A DNA stretch of 64,000 bases from Salisapilia sapeloensis CBS 127946 (taxonomy: Eukaryota > Protista > Oomycota), in the NCBI GenBank assembly GCA_023334545.1, contig JAADVB010000012.1:1-64000 (forward strand), in the 5' to 3' direction. Under the pieces are notes generated by a model that had not been told where the DNA came from, made no database searches, and saw only the letters and a program-made list of their open reading frames with translations. Shown in pieces: positions 13,491 to 26,150 of this stretch. The translations under genes were made by a program, and so were the position numbers. Position 1 is the first letter of the stretch. Each line of letters begins with the position of its first letter.

Positions 13491-13755
13491 TGGAATGTGA
13501 CTGACTGTTTGGTTTATTCGGTCATCTTTGTCTCCTTCGCGAGTATAGTACCTGTCTGTAGTATTCATGAGATTAGGTCGTACTCCCTTTATATGTTTTC
13601 ACGTGTAGGTGTCGTATCCGTTTCGCATGAACTAGTAATAATGATGTGAATTATAAACTATTTCCGGGTAAAACAAGCATGCTCTTCTATAAATACTGTT
13701 CCTTGACTTGGCTGAGCATCAAACTTCAATTATTGCACAGTGGTAGCTGTGTTTG

Positions 13756-16164
13756 ATGGGAATGGATGTCAAGTTTGATGAGGAGAGCCAGCTTTCCACC
13801 GCTGCATCTAACCAACTTTCCAATCAAAGTTCTCGTCCTCGACCAACTAGTGCCCAAAAACCCGAGTTCAGATTGCTGACATTGGATAACTTTGATGAAA
13901 ACTCATTTGAGCTACCGATTCTTACCAGTCCACGGTCTGTCGAGGTTACCATTTGATAAATACAGTAGACGTATTTGACAGTTCCCATATTGATTCGCTT
14001 GGTAACTTTGTAGGCTTGTCGAATGCTTGGAGTGGAACCCGAAGAACTAGTGAAGCGTAGCGCGTCATACTTTGCAAAGACTAGTAACGTAGCATCAGTA
14101 GATACGGATTTCCTTGCCAAGCGAGCAGCTCGTTATGAACGGAATCGGCAAATTCAACTACATCGTGTACGCATGCAACGAAGAGAAATGATTGACAATG
14201 GCTTTGATCCGCGCGTACAATCTACAAGTAAATCTTCTATAGCTTATAGCAAACGGTCTGGTCCAGCGTCAACGACTTCGACATCCGATCGCCGTTCATT
14301 TAGTATCATCGACAAGGAGAAACGTGAGTTGGAACGTATTCAAATACGACAAGCACAAGAGCTGCAACAGTTGATTGATTTCGAAATGAAGACGAACGAA
14401 AGGGAAAGAGAGAGAATCTTGTATGAGCAAGAAGCTCGTCGACGGCAAGAAGAAGCGTCTAAGGCCCGTCGTAAACAGGAAAGAGAAGAAATTGAGCGAA
14501 AGAGAAAGTTAGAAATCGAACGAGCTGATCAAGAGCGTCAAGAGATGGAGGAAGCTCGACGCCGAGCTGCTGAAGAGCAGATGGAAAGAGCTTCTCGAGA
14601 AAAGGAATTGAAAGCAGAGGAAGAGCGGAGAAAGAAAGAGTCAAGGAAGCGTGAAATAGAACGAGCTCGTAGACAGGAGGAACTGCGACATCAAGCAGAA
14701 CAAATACAGGCTGCTCAAGAGCGAGCTGTGGAAATGAAAGCGAGGGAGATGGAAGCGAGAGATGCTCGACGGCGAAGGATTATAGAAGAGAGGAGGCGAG
14801 AGAAAGCTGAAGAGATAGCAAGAAAGCGAGAACACAACCAGTCTCGAATCATGCGTGTCTTAAGAGAGAACGAAGTTTTTAACGCTCAGCAACGAGAGGA
14901 AGCAGAGCGAAAGCAGATTGAGAGTGAAGAGCGTAGACGAAGGTATGAAGAAGAGCGTCGAGAACGAGAAGAAGAAATGCGGCTGCAAGCGAAGCGTAAG
15001 CAGGAGGAGATTTCCATGGTTCGACAACAACTTGAAATGCAGGAAGAAGAGCGTCGTGCGAGACTCCAGAAGCAGGAGTATCAGACACAGCAGCATCTGC
15101 GAGAGAAGTGGGCTGAACAAAGAAGGAGGGCTGAAGAGCGTCGACGGTTTGAAGAACGACAGAATGAGGAGAGGAGGTTGGTGAAAGAACGGATGGAGCG
15201 GCAGTTGGAGCAAAAGCGATTGGAAACAATAGCCAAGACTGAAGAAAAGATGTATGTTGCCCAACAAGCGCAGGAACGAAATCGACGTCTTGTTCGTAAG
15301 AGGTTGCAAGAAGCCAAGTTACGTGAAGAAGAAATCCAGTCAGCTCTAGCGAGAAAACAGAGGCAGGATGCGTATAAAGCAGAACAATTACAATCTCGCA
15401 TTGCGGAGGATGACCTAAAAGCTCAATATATTAAAGAAGAACGTCGAAACTTACTTAAGAGACGACAACAAGCAAAAGAACGTGCTGAAAAGCAGAAACG
15501 AGAATTGATGAAAACTTTTTACAAGATGAAAGTGACTAAGAAGTATGAACTTCCTTCAGAGCTTCAAGAAAGCCTCAATAGAGTCTCAGCGTCTTCACGT
15601 AGTGCAGTTTTTGATAAGCCATATACGAGTTCAAGCACTTCGCAGCTGAGGAAGAGACCTCAATCGGCCGGTTCTTGTCGACCACAACGAAAGTCACCAT
15701 CGGCAACAGCCTCTCAATCAACGTTGAGCGCTCGATCGAATACCACACCCACGGCAGCATCTCCTGTAAAACGACTGCAGCGACCAAAGAGCGCAGTGGG
15801 CTTTCATTCAGCTCGAGCATCAACTCCCGACATCCGTCAGAACGGTACTGCGGATGATATCAAAGTTCATCCACGTCGGCAAGACGGACGCGAGAAAAAG
15901 CAAAAGAGTGAACACGAGGATACTGAGTCTGACCCAGTCGAAGAATTACGTCGAGTTCAGAATATGGAGCTCCTAGAGTTGCTTGTAAAAGAGCATCATG
16001 CAGAGGAACAACGTGGGTTACTGCTCGAACAAGCCAATAATCGAGAGGAACATGAACGACTGGAAGAAAAGTTTGACCACGAACGGATGCGTGCGAGTGA
16101 ACAAATCGTTCGAATAACAACAAAGCACGAGAAAACATTAAGGCAGCTTTTGGAGCAAATGTAA
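13756..16164 (+). CDS. Long E/R/K/Q-rich coiled-coil (trichoplein/trichohyalin-like) protein, probably cytoskeletal or flagellar
   Basis: Exon 1 from ATG 13756 splices into ORF 14023-16164 giving SPRSVEACRMLGVEPEEL, followed by several hundred aa of charged helix. Confidence 0.75.
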
Positions 16165-16333
16165 TTTACGTCCATCTTGGTCTGTCAACTTCATCTACCA
16201 GGTCCAAACTTCCACTTCGCTTCAAGAGCGTCTGTCCTTTCCAGATCTCCTTATAAGACTATGTTCTGTATGTCGTTTGTAACATAAATAGTCGGTACCT
16301 CTACCGAGACATCATAATAAACTCCCAATCTAC

Positions 16334-18137
16334 ATGATGTGGCAATTCCTAGAGAACGCAGCGAAGAACGTGACGACGAATGCTTCCGAGTATGTCTCGA
16401 CTGTACAGGAACGAGCTCAGACACTTGTTACTTCAGTCCAGAGTGAAGCCGCGACCCTACTTCAGTCTTTAAGCAGTGAGAACGCTGGTCCGGTCGACGA
16501 AGTACTTCTCCCTTGTATTCTTTGTTTCTATTATACTTAATTAATATTGTAGATTTTATATGAAGAGCTGGATGCTTACTATGAATTCCTCGACTCGTTT
16601 TACCTAGATCAAAAGAAAGATGAGATAGCTAGTGTATGTATGATGCTGTATTTCCATACCGCTTGATCTGAATCGGCGATTGCTATAGATTCTCGAGAAG
16701 GATGAAGCATTAGATCAACTGCATACAGATCTTGTCCCGGATGAACTAAGCGAGGAAGAGTTCTGGAGACGGTAGGGTCATCAGAACGTGCTGTCCATTT
16801 CGACATTCGTTCCTCATACTTTGTCTAGATACTTTTTCCGACGGCATGAGATGGAGCTACGGCAACAACGTATTGAAGAGCGAGAGAGGCAGCAGGAAGA
16901 GGCTCGATCTGCTCGTAACGCCATGCTCCAAGAGTTTGCTTTCCATACTGATGAGGAGGTGGAGACGGAGGAACAGGAGGAGAGTGAGAAGCTGCGTGCT
17001 CTCGCATCTGAGTCGTTTAGTTCTCCCGAAGACCTTCGTAGTGTCGTGGAGGCAGCTGTGAAAGCGAAAGATGAAGCTGTGAGAAAGTGGCGGCAACGTG
17101 TTATGACGATCCACCAGCACCTCGAAGTCGTAACAGCGCAGCATGAAGACGCGATTGAGACGCTACAGCAGGAACAACAGAAGCAGTATCAGAATCTCGT
17201 TCACTTTTACGAATCTAAAACGGACAAGATGAAGGTGGAGATGGATGCAGCACGTGCTGCTGGTTATGAAGAAGGTACGAAGGAGAGTGAAGGGATGATT
17301 GAGTCGTTGAAAGAAGCCATGAGCGTCGAACAAACGCATTTAAAAGGACAATTAACAAAACTTCAGCAAGAGCTGGAGAAGAAACGAGAAAACGAGGAAA
17401 GTGATAAGACAAAGGAGCAAGGTGGAGAGAAGGAAGAGGCGGAGGAATTGAAGAAGCAGGTAGAAGTGTGGAGAGTGCGTGCGATTAAGATGAAGAAACT
17501 CAAGGAGAAAGTGGAAAAGGAAAAGGAGGAACTTGGGGCAAAAGTTTCGAAGGGGTCTACAGAGGGAGATGAGGAATTAAGGAAGCGGGTGAAGGAGCTG
17601 GAGGAACGGATTGAACAGCTTCAGGGAGATGTCCAAACCGCTTACGATCGTGGTGTCAGTGCAGCGGAGGAGGAAGCACAACAGCGGATTGATGAGCTTA
17701 CGGAGCGGCTGAATGAGAATCAGGCGAGATTAGAGCAGGTAGAAGAGGTCGCGTATGAGGAAGGTATGCAGGCTGGCAAGTCGGAGATGGATCATGAAGT
17801 CAATAAAGCGCAGCAGGAGTTGATTTTAAAACTACAGGAAGACATCACGAGCTCGTATGATACGGGCGTCGCCACAGCAAAGGCCGAGGTAGACCTCCTC
17901 ACGTCAGAGCTCGCTCTTTTACGCGCTGAGCGTCATTCGTCTGTCGCGTCGCAGCCATCAGATCTACCGCCGGTGCCGTCGTCTGATGCGAATACAGTGG
18001 CAAGTGGTAAGGAACCGGAATTGGATGTACACGAAGCTCTGGCTGGTGATAAGAATGATCGAGTGGAGACAGTAAGCGAGTCGGATGGAAAAGTAGGTGG
18101 GAAGTCTGGAACCCAGGATGACTGGGGCGAGTGGTAA
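16334..18137 (+). CDS. BSD-domain protein with C-terminal coiled coil (4 exons)
   Basis: Three GT-AG introns reconstruct LHTDLVPDELSEEEFWRRYFFR (BSD FW-x-RYF motif), followed by an acidic coiled coil ending DDWGEW. Confidence 0.8.
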
Positions 18138-18203
18138 CGTGGCAGGTGGACGTTTTGTGTAGGAGCGAATATGCGACTGATGTTTTCTTTCGTCTACTTG
18201 CGT

Positions 18204-21200
18204 TTACTTGCGTTTATATATGTTTGTGCTGGAGAGCACCCCAGCGTTTTTCGTCCATTCTCGAAATTTGGCATCAATTTCTGGCACAGGGTGTTTCCAA
18301 TGTGTCGATCGAGTGCTGTGATTGCAAAAGTACGGTCGACCTTTGTCTGTGTATCGGACTTCCCATCCAGTAGGAAGGTTGAGCATGAGAATTTTCTTCA
18401 TTTCGTGCCAATTGAGACGTTCAGGTCGTCTCGGTGTCTTTTTGCCAGGTCGAATTTCAGCAGGAGGAAACTGGGACTTTGTTTAGATAGAGTTTTAAAT
18501 TGGTACAGAAGTAATAAAGTACCTCGACGGTGTTGGAGCTTGCATCTTGTTTGCTAGGACTCTCTGGAAGAGCAAAGTCATTGGATGGGATTGGAGATAC
18601 TTCCTTTTCGCCAATTATTTTTGCAATAAAGGCTGTAGCATGTAACTCGTTATCTAGTGGATAGAACGTGATTATGTTGAATATAGCTTACCTTCAATGC
18701 TTACTCGTCCTTCTGCGTGAAAGTCCAGAGCGTCCAGGATTTTTAGTCGTTCATGAGTGCTTAATGAAAGACCAAAGTCTTCCATAACATCCTCCAACGC
18801 GGGTGTAGATACCTAGCCTGCATAAATGATCCGCTGGTATCCTCACTAGGAACTGAAAGATGTACCTTGCCAGGGATCTCTGCTACATTTGCCAGCGCTT
18901 TCTTCAGCCCATTATATGGACGAGTGGGGCATCTATTACGTAAAAGATTTTTCATCTCCGCAAAGATGTCTTCTGCTGTAGCATTGTCTTGCAGGTTGGT
19001 TTGCTGCCAGTTCGTGGCGGCAGATGGAGTGATAGAGATTTCGTTGGCAATGGATGCACTAGCTTGTTCCTCCTCTCGCTGTTCAAGCTCCTGTTGAATC
19101 CTCCTTAGTCTACATAACATTTTAGTGTCGGTAGAACGCAGTTGAGAATGAACGAAAGTAAAAGCAAAATACCTTTCATCAGCTTCTTTTCGTTCGTCCT
19201 GGTATAGCTTCTCTCTTTCCTTCAACTGAGCTTCCCACTGGCGCTTTTCTTTCGCGAGTCGACTTTCTGCCATCCGTTCCAAAGTGTGTATCTGATCTTT
19301 AAGTCGCGCTGCCTCTTGATTCGCATGAGCTGCAGCATGCGTTGCTTGCTTTAGCGCACTTTGAGCTTGTTGAAGCGCCAATTCATCTGCAGCACTTTTG
19401 GCATTGTTCATGGCAACTACATTTTTCATCCGTTCTCTTTCGATGTCATCTTCTTTCTTGTCGGAATCACTTTCGTTGCCAAAGCCTTGCAAATTACTTA
19501 GACTGATGGATGCAGTACGCTTACCAGAAAAGGCGGACTTTGAAGATTCAGTGACGATTGAGCTTGAGTCTTGGATGTCTCTTGAAGACTGGAAGCTGTA
19601 AGCAAGTTGAATGGACCCAACTTCCGTGTTATCCACTGTAGCACCATTCAAGCAGATCCAGTCGTTAAACAACTGACCTTCATGCGTTACGGCAGGTGTG
19701 ATGTCTACTTCACACTGACCCATCAGGTTATTCATCTTGGCGTGCTTGCAATATAGCTGAACCACAAGCCGTGGTGACAGGATCATGCCTAAACTCATTT
19801 GGTTTAGATAACCATGCCATTCTGCTTCGTAGCCAGTCCTATGGAAGAAGTTAAGTGGTAAGTCTGACGGGCACCCTTCTACGGTGTAGTCGCAAGCTGT
19901 AAACGGGTCATAGGCTGTGCAGTAAAGCCTTGCAGGCTCCTGGTCAGAGCATGGAGCTCTCCTTACATTCACAATAACAAAACGACCACTAGTACCCAGT
20001 TCACTCGACGTAAACGCCATCTTCTTCAAGTCATTCGTATGAGTTTCCTCATCTCCTTGTAATTCAACTGTGTCTGTGAAGACAATCGGTCGGTCGAGAC
20101 GATGGTTGTATTCAGCTGGAAGCGTAAGTGGAATTGAGTGTGCGTAGTTCCACATCAAACTGCCAGTACTACTACCTGAGGTGGTTGGCGTGACGAAATG
20201 AACGTCTTGAGGGTAAAAGTGTACTCGTACGAATATATCCTGCATGTCCATTACTACCTGTTGGAACGCATTCCATGTCAAGACTGTGTCTCCAGGATGA
20301 CCAACAACTACAAGTCGAACGGATAAAATGGACGATGTGTGCTGTATAAATGTCATCAGCGCTTTCGAGTGTCTTCCTAGGCCTCGGAAGCTCTCCACGA
20401 CAAGTCTTTCGACTGAAGACACTTTTCGTAGTTCTAACTGCTCTTCGGTCGCCTTGAAAGTCAGTGCTGATTGCGTGAGAGACCAAAAGACTGGTGGATT
20501 AGCCCCATTTAGTACATTTCGAAGCGTCTCGACATATTGTCTGCTCTCCACGAGCTTCAGGTAAGAGAAAGTAGATGGCTTTTGATGCTGAGAAAGAGAT
20601 GAAGATGCATAGCATAGTCGGAGTCGTGACAAGAGGTCAGGAAGAGCATGGAGTAATCGATTGTTTTTCATGAGTCTTGTTATCGATACACCATGTTTGA
20701 AGTCTGGAGCTTCATTCCACACGCAGTTCTTTGCAGGGATAACAAAAACTAGTTCTTGTCGAAGAACAGGATCATTCACGACAAATCGTACTACCTCATC
20801 TTCTTCATTGCTTTTAACTTGAACGAGAAGATGCTCAAGTCCAAGTCGACGTTGTTCATATCGACGCAAGCTAGACGAGATGATAGCATCAACGTGATAG
20901 ATTCGGTTATACTGAATTAGCATGGCGAATAGAGCAAAAGTCAGAACAGGTAGCTTTGTCATTCTCAATTTCTCTCGGAGTAGATCAATTGCTAATGCCA
21001 GGTGTACTCTGGAGACATCCTGCTTGCTGATCCGTTCATACCCAGAAACCTGGTCAGTAAATGTCAATTCGAGTCCTTTGTCAATCAACTTGCTGATCAA
21101 TTCCTTTTGCGTGATTGTTTCTCCCCATTGCCGTCCTGTAACTCGAGTCCAAAGCTCAGTCTCTGACTCATATCCGTATTGTTTATAGATAAAAGTTGAT

Positions 21201-24200
21201 ATGATAGAGCAGACTTGATCTAGGTGAAAGCCTCGCAGCTCAGATACGAGCACAGAATCTTGGTCAAGGACTATACTTGCAAGGGCCGTTCCACAGGATT
21301 TCACCATTGGTAATTTTGGGTTCTCCTCTGTGCTAGTTGTCGTCACCAACTGTACCGGCAAGTTCATCGCGCTCACATCAAATATGCGTGCAATTTTAAT
21401 TAGAGAAGAGGGCTGACAGGTTATGCTCATAGCTTGGCTCAGTTTTGTTGCCAGTATGCATAATTCATTCTTGGATAATGAAGGATCCACTTGTCCAAGT
21501 AAGTCTGCTACAATCGAACGGCTTTCGTCGTCACGGCGACAACACTCGTGTATCTGTAAAAGGTCTTGTATCGTGTTGGACGTTGTGGGACTAGAAGTAC
21601 ACATTTGAAGCATGTAAGTCATTAAGCCACTAACATCAACTACTTCCCTCGCATTTCCTTCCGTGCATCTAAAACGCAGATGGAGTAGCTTTACATCGTC
21701 ATCAGTCAATGGAATGTCCAAATCCGCGAATAGTTTGTGTAATTTTGCTCTCGTCATTTGCTTTTCCTTGTGACTATACGCTAGTAAGAGTTGATTGATG
21801 GGCAGCACATCCATCGGTTCGTAGGTAGGGATGGATACTAAGCGTTCCATTAGGACTTTTCCGAGTCTACTTCGTTTTTTTCTTGACTGTACTGACTCCA
21901 TTTGTACATCTACTTCGTCTCCCTGAGTCGAAGTGGTCGCAGAAGTCCAATGAGACTTGCAGATGCTAGCAACAACTCCATTCCATGCCACGTCGAAAAT
22001 GTAGTCTACAATAGATCCCATGTCAACCGCGTTTGCGTCCGTATTAGATGCGTGCGCTCCCGGTGACTGGCTATGTCCACAGCCTTCTAGAAGCCATTCT
22101 TGTAGTTTGTCGATATCTACACTACTGCCACCATTGATACTCAGAGCACAACAAATGCGTTGGAAATGGTGGAGCGACAAGTATTCTCCTGCTTTTTGAT
22201 CCGCCAAGCGTAGTTGCAAAGCACTTCTATCTACAACGTTTTTCCCGTCTGCTTTCCAGGATGCTATCCACGCCTCGACTTCGGATGCTCCACCTATGTC
22301 TTGAACTAACGTGGCGCGTAATTGCTCTAACGAATATTCATCAGTAGTGCTTGAGTCTTCAAAACAACTTTCACAGAATTTACTCGATGCCGGAAGACTA
22401 GAGTAGCAACCGGTGCAGAACACCTTGGTACAGTCGTTCCCTTGACACCTTGCACGGTTGATTCGGTCGGATTCGATCTTCGTCCCACAGTCACAGCAAC
22501 AATTGATAGCAGTCCTGGAGCTACGATTGAAAAATCGAGGGCGCACAGTCGATTGTTCAGATATAACTGACTGCTTCTTGTCGGGATACATCGATACAAA
22601 GAGCTCTACTCTGCGATTTTCCAAGTTTCTACCGCGTCCACGATCGTAGAACCTAGGCTCTACATTTACATTCCCATTCATCTGTCGAAGTCCCCCGCTA
22701 CGTCCACTTTCCATGCTTCTGTCATCATCATTTTGCAGGCCAATGTCATTAAAATCTAGAAGGAACTGCCTAGGACTATCATCTGAAGTTTTCTGCTCAT
22801 TTTGCTCTTCTACCTCTTGTTGCCATCGAACATATAGTTTATGCATAAATATTTCAAAAGGCTGTTTGTCGTGGTAGCTACCATAACGGTAATGAGACTC
22901 GTCTGCTTTTCTCTTTCTCAACGAACGTTTCCAATAATTACAGCGTAGAATTGGCCTCAGGCTTCGCATCAGATCAGGTTCCGCTTCCAGAATTTCTGCT
23001 GCTAGACGCGTACGTCGTTGTATTTCCGCTTGTGTGTACGAAAGTGGACAAAGGCGTACTGGTCTGTCATTATTCTTGATGCTATTGCTTAAGTTCTGTC
23101 GTAAGTTCTTGGCACCAACAACTTTGATTTCTAACATGCCACGACGATACAGGTCTTCAGGTGTGTTCTCATCCATCATCTCGCCAGCAGTGTAAATAAG
23201 GTCTTCGTCATCTCCAAGTATTGACAAGATATCGTCTGAGAGTGAAAATCGTCGGCCTGAGTTCCCAATAGCCTCCGCCAACGTCTTCAATGTATCTTCA
23301 GTAAAGTCAGTGCGACTGAAGCCAATCGCCATTAAACGTCGCTGTACCTCTTTCGTTGATACCTTTACACCTTTTGTCAGCTCTGTCCCAATGAGCTGCA
23401 TGTTGATATGCTTAGCTCTCGCTTTCCGCTGCAACTCATCTTGAGCTCTCCCAAACTTGGATTTCTTCCCAGGGCTTGGCACGGATGCTGTATCGCTAGT
23501 AATTTGCATATCCTTAGCTTGCACAATCGTGATAGAGGAACGTCTTCTACTTTTACGCCTTTCATTAGTCAATTTACTCTCTTCTTCTCCCTCTTCTTCT
23601 TCGGCAATTTCCTCCCCTCCTTGCAATCGAAATGACGGTTTGTCTGAGTATACTGACAGCCAGAACCGACCGACATTAACGACATCGGAATCTCTACCGG
23701 TACGTTTGAACATGCTAGGTACGACGCAATATCGTCCTGGGTCCATTGTCAACTCTGCTGTTATCTCTTGCTTGAGTGTGTACGTAGGTTGTGCTACACC
23801 TCGTTCGTTCACGCCGTGTATGACTGATCCAGGTATGACTGCAGGAGGTATCGGTTCACTCTGTCGACCGGCAGCATAATCTTCCTTCTCTTTTGCACTG
23901 TAGAAACGATAGTACGCATCTTCCTTTCCTGCAGGTTCCTTTGTCTCGTACACATTGTCTACCTCTTCGGACTTTGTGAGAGAGCATATGTGAAACGCAA
24001 CGGGTACGACTTGATTATCACTTCGACCTCGTCGGTCCTCTTGATACAATGATAGAAATAAATGACTTTGTTCACGAACGGATAATTCAAACTTGGGGTT
24101 TTGACTCCATGTTAAACACTTGAAATTGCCTCCACACGATTCTTCTGTCCACATACCTTCACTTCTTCTACCCTGCCACTCATCTGGAAAGTCTATAACG

Positions 24201-25883
24201 ACAGTGTTACTTGCATATTCAATAAATGAAGAATTGAAGAGATGCTAGTACCGATCCCAGCGAAGAAGTGAGTGAAATGCTGCATCCAGTCGCTGTACTG
24301 CATGTAGAACGTGCCGTCTGTAAAGTTCACCTCTGTCTCCTCTTCATACTTGACTTCATCTAGTCTCACGTCACCTTGTTTAGAGATCGTCACATTCATC
24401 CTTTTCGTAGCGTTCGCGCCAACATTTCGTCGAAGCACTTTAAAATGCTTCTCGATCACGTCCTGATTCTCCATTCTTTCCTTACTGGCATCCGACCACG
24501 GACCATTCCATTCGCCCATGCCCCATGGATTTCGTAACTTTAGTAACTTGACTAGCTTTCCGTCTTTTGTCGTTATTACATCTGCATCTACGAGTGCGTA
24601 GGCGTGCTTGTAGTAGAGACCGAAGCCAGCATTCGATTCCACGCCCACATTCTTACCTGCATTTGGCGGAGGTTGGATGGAACATCCCATCAACGTTCCG
24701 GTTGATTTATATCGGAGCAACTTGCGCCAGAATGTGTCTCCAGGGCTGTCATTCGAACATACAGGATAAAAAGGGTCTTCATGGAAGCCAGGAAATCCGT
24801 CTTTTAATATCACTTGCTCCGAGCACATTCCGGTGAGGTCATTTAACGCGACATCGACGTAGCCTCCAATAATAAACTCGTACCCACCATGGAGCTTTGC
24901 ATATGCTTTTTCGATTAAGGACACCCTAGATGCAGCTTTGTTATCAACGAAAGTCGATTATAGTTTAAAGTCGTATGTGCTTCGTACCATAGTTCGTTCG
25001 GGTCGGGACTTCTTGCAAAGAATGGTTTGCCAGGACGACTGGACGTATAGCCAAAGACCGGTAGTAGGTCGTCAATGATCACGTAGTGCCATACAAAGTT
25101 CTAGTTGACATGTACATCAATCTGGTAACTGTAGAGAACGTAGAATAAGATGAAGGTACCTTCATGAATCGACACACGAAAAGCCCTTTATCTCTGTACA
25201 TATCTTTCCGCCAAAAAATCTGCGACAGTAGATCGAAGCGTGTCGCAACGACGCTCAATGCACCTACAAGCATGGCACCTTTAGGAAGAGATAAAAATAA
25301 ATAGACGTTCATGAATCCTACTCAGAAGCCAACAGTCTCCCAGGTTTCCTTGGATCACATCACCCGAACTCGCTCCATCACTAAAGAGCTTCGCTTGTGT
25401 GGCAAAAGGTACCCTTCCTTCTTTGTAGGCAAAGTAGTCGTTTTCATAATCATCTTCCTGTATATATTCACCGGTATCGATGTCCATGGACAAATCATCC
25501 GACGCATACTTTGGTCGCTCCCATCGGATTCCGTCCTTAGCCACGAGTGGAAGCACTCGTGCCTGGTGCTGCGACTTTGGTTTTGAAGTCGCTTGGATCC
25601 CGGGTTTACACAAGGCACTGATGCCGACCGGATCTCCAGGAGATGGTCCGAATGTCGGATCACTAAATAGCTTGGTATCGTGGGACCGAAAGGATTTCCA
25701 TGCAGCAGATACTTTTTCAAGCACGAGTTGATCAGCTAATTCCAACGCTTTGATCAACTTCTTTCCGACAAGCCCTTTAATTTCAATCGAAATGACTGTG
25801 TTCTGACGACTCGAAGATACGATCGTACCAATGCTTTTAAGCTCATGCTCTAGTGCTTGCAAATCGATCGTGACGACAGGCAT
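18204..25883 (-). CDS. Giant multidomain calpain-family cysteine protease (~2,400 aa): CysPc, calpain domain III, Cys-rich Zn finger, C2, coiled coil, EF-like, WW
   Basis: Intact triad QGNLGDCWLLS, KHAY, RNPWG; LIEKAYAKLHGGY; domain III NPKFEL..GRYCVVPS; WW LPTGWEVRYTDKGRPYFCNHSTRSTHWKHP joined in frame by splicing. Confidence 0.9.
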
Positions 25884-25960
25884 AACTCGAATAAAAAATA
25901 AATTGTCCGTTGCACCGACATCAAGAGTCACTTGGACGTAACCGTGCCATTTAGGATGAC

Positions 25961-25972
25961 AAAAATAAAAAA
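25961..25972 (-). terminator. RNA Pol III oligo-T terminator of tRNA-Met
   Basis: TTTTTTATTTTT on the minus strand 2 nt after the tRNA 3' end. Confidence 0.75.
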
Positions 25973-25974
25973 GA

Positions 25975-26047
25975 TGCTCCCTGCCAGGCTCGAACTGGCG
26001 ACCTTCAGATTATGAGACTGACGCTCTACCAACTGAGCCAAAGGAGC
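25975..26047 (-). tRNA. tRNA-Met(CAT): tRNA-Met (CAU), elongator type
   Basis: 73 nt: GCTCCTTTGGCTCAGTTGGTAGAGCGTCAGTCTCATAATCTGAAGGTCGCCAGTTCGAGCCTGGCAGGGAGCA. Cloverleaf, CAT anticodon, G1:C72 and T54 indicate elongator rather than initiator. Confidence 0.97.
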
Positions 26048-26150
26048 AATATGACTTCGTGTCCATTATGAATATATATAAAAAATTATATTGTTAATTT
26101 TAAATCACCTAGAAACACAAAACTTTGGAAGTCAATTATTACTCGAGACG

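Noticed and set aside
13688-13695. TATAAATA upstream of the coiled-coil gene
   Set aside because: A single short AT-rich match; oomycete promoters generally rely on Inr/FPR, so there is no support for function.
14340-15540. Purine-rich GAA/AGA periodic sequence resembling a tandem repeat array
   Set aside because: It is the coding consequence of an E/R/K-rich helix, with no fixed repeat unit or spacers; not CRISPR or satellite.
19110-19172. 63-nt stopless in-frame segment within the long calpain ORF (RYFAFTFVHSQLRSTDTKMLC)
   Set aside because: It has GT-AG ends and interrupts a coiled coil, so it is best read as an ordinary 3n intron rather than a novel insertion.
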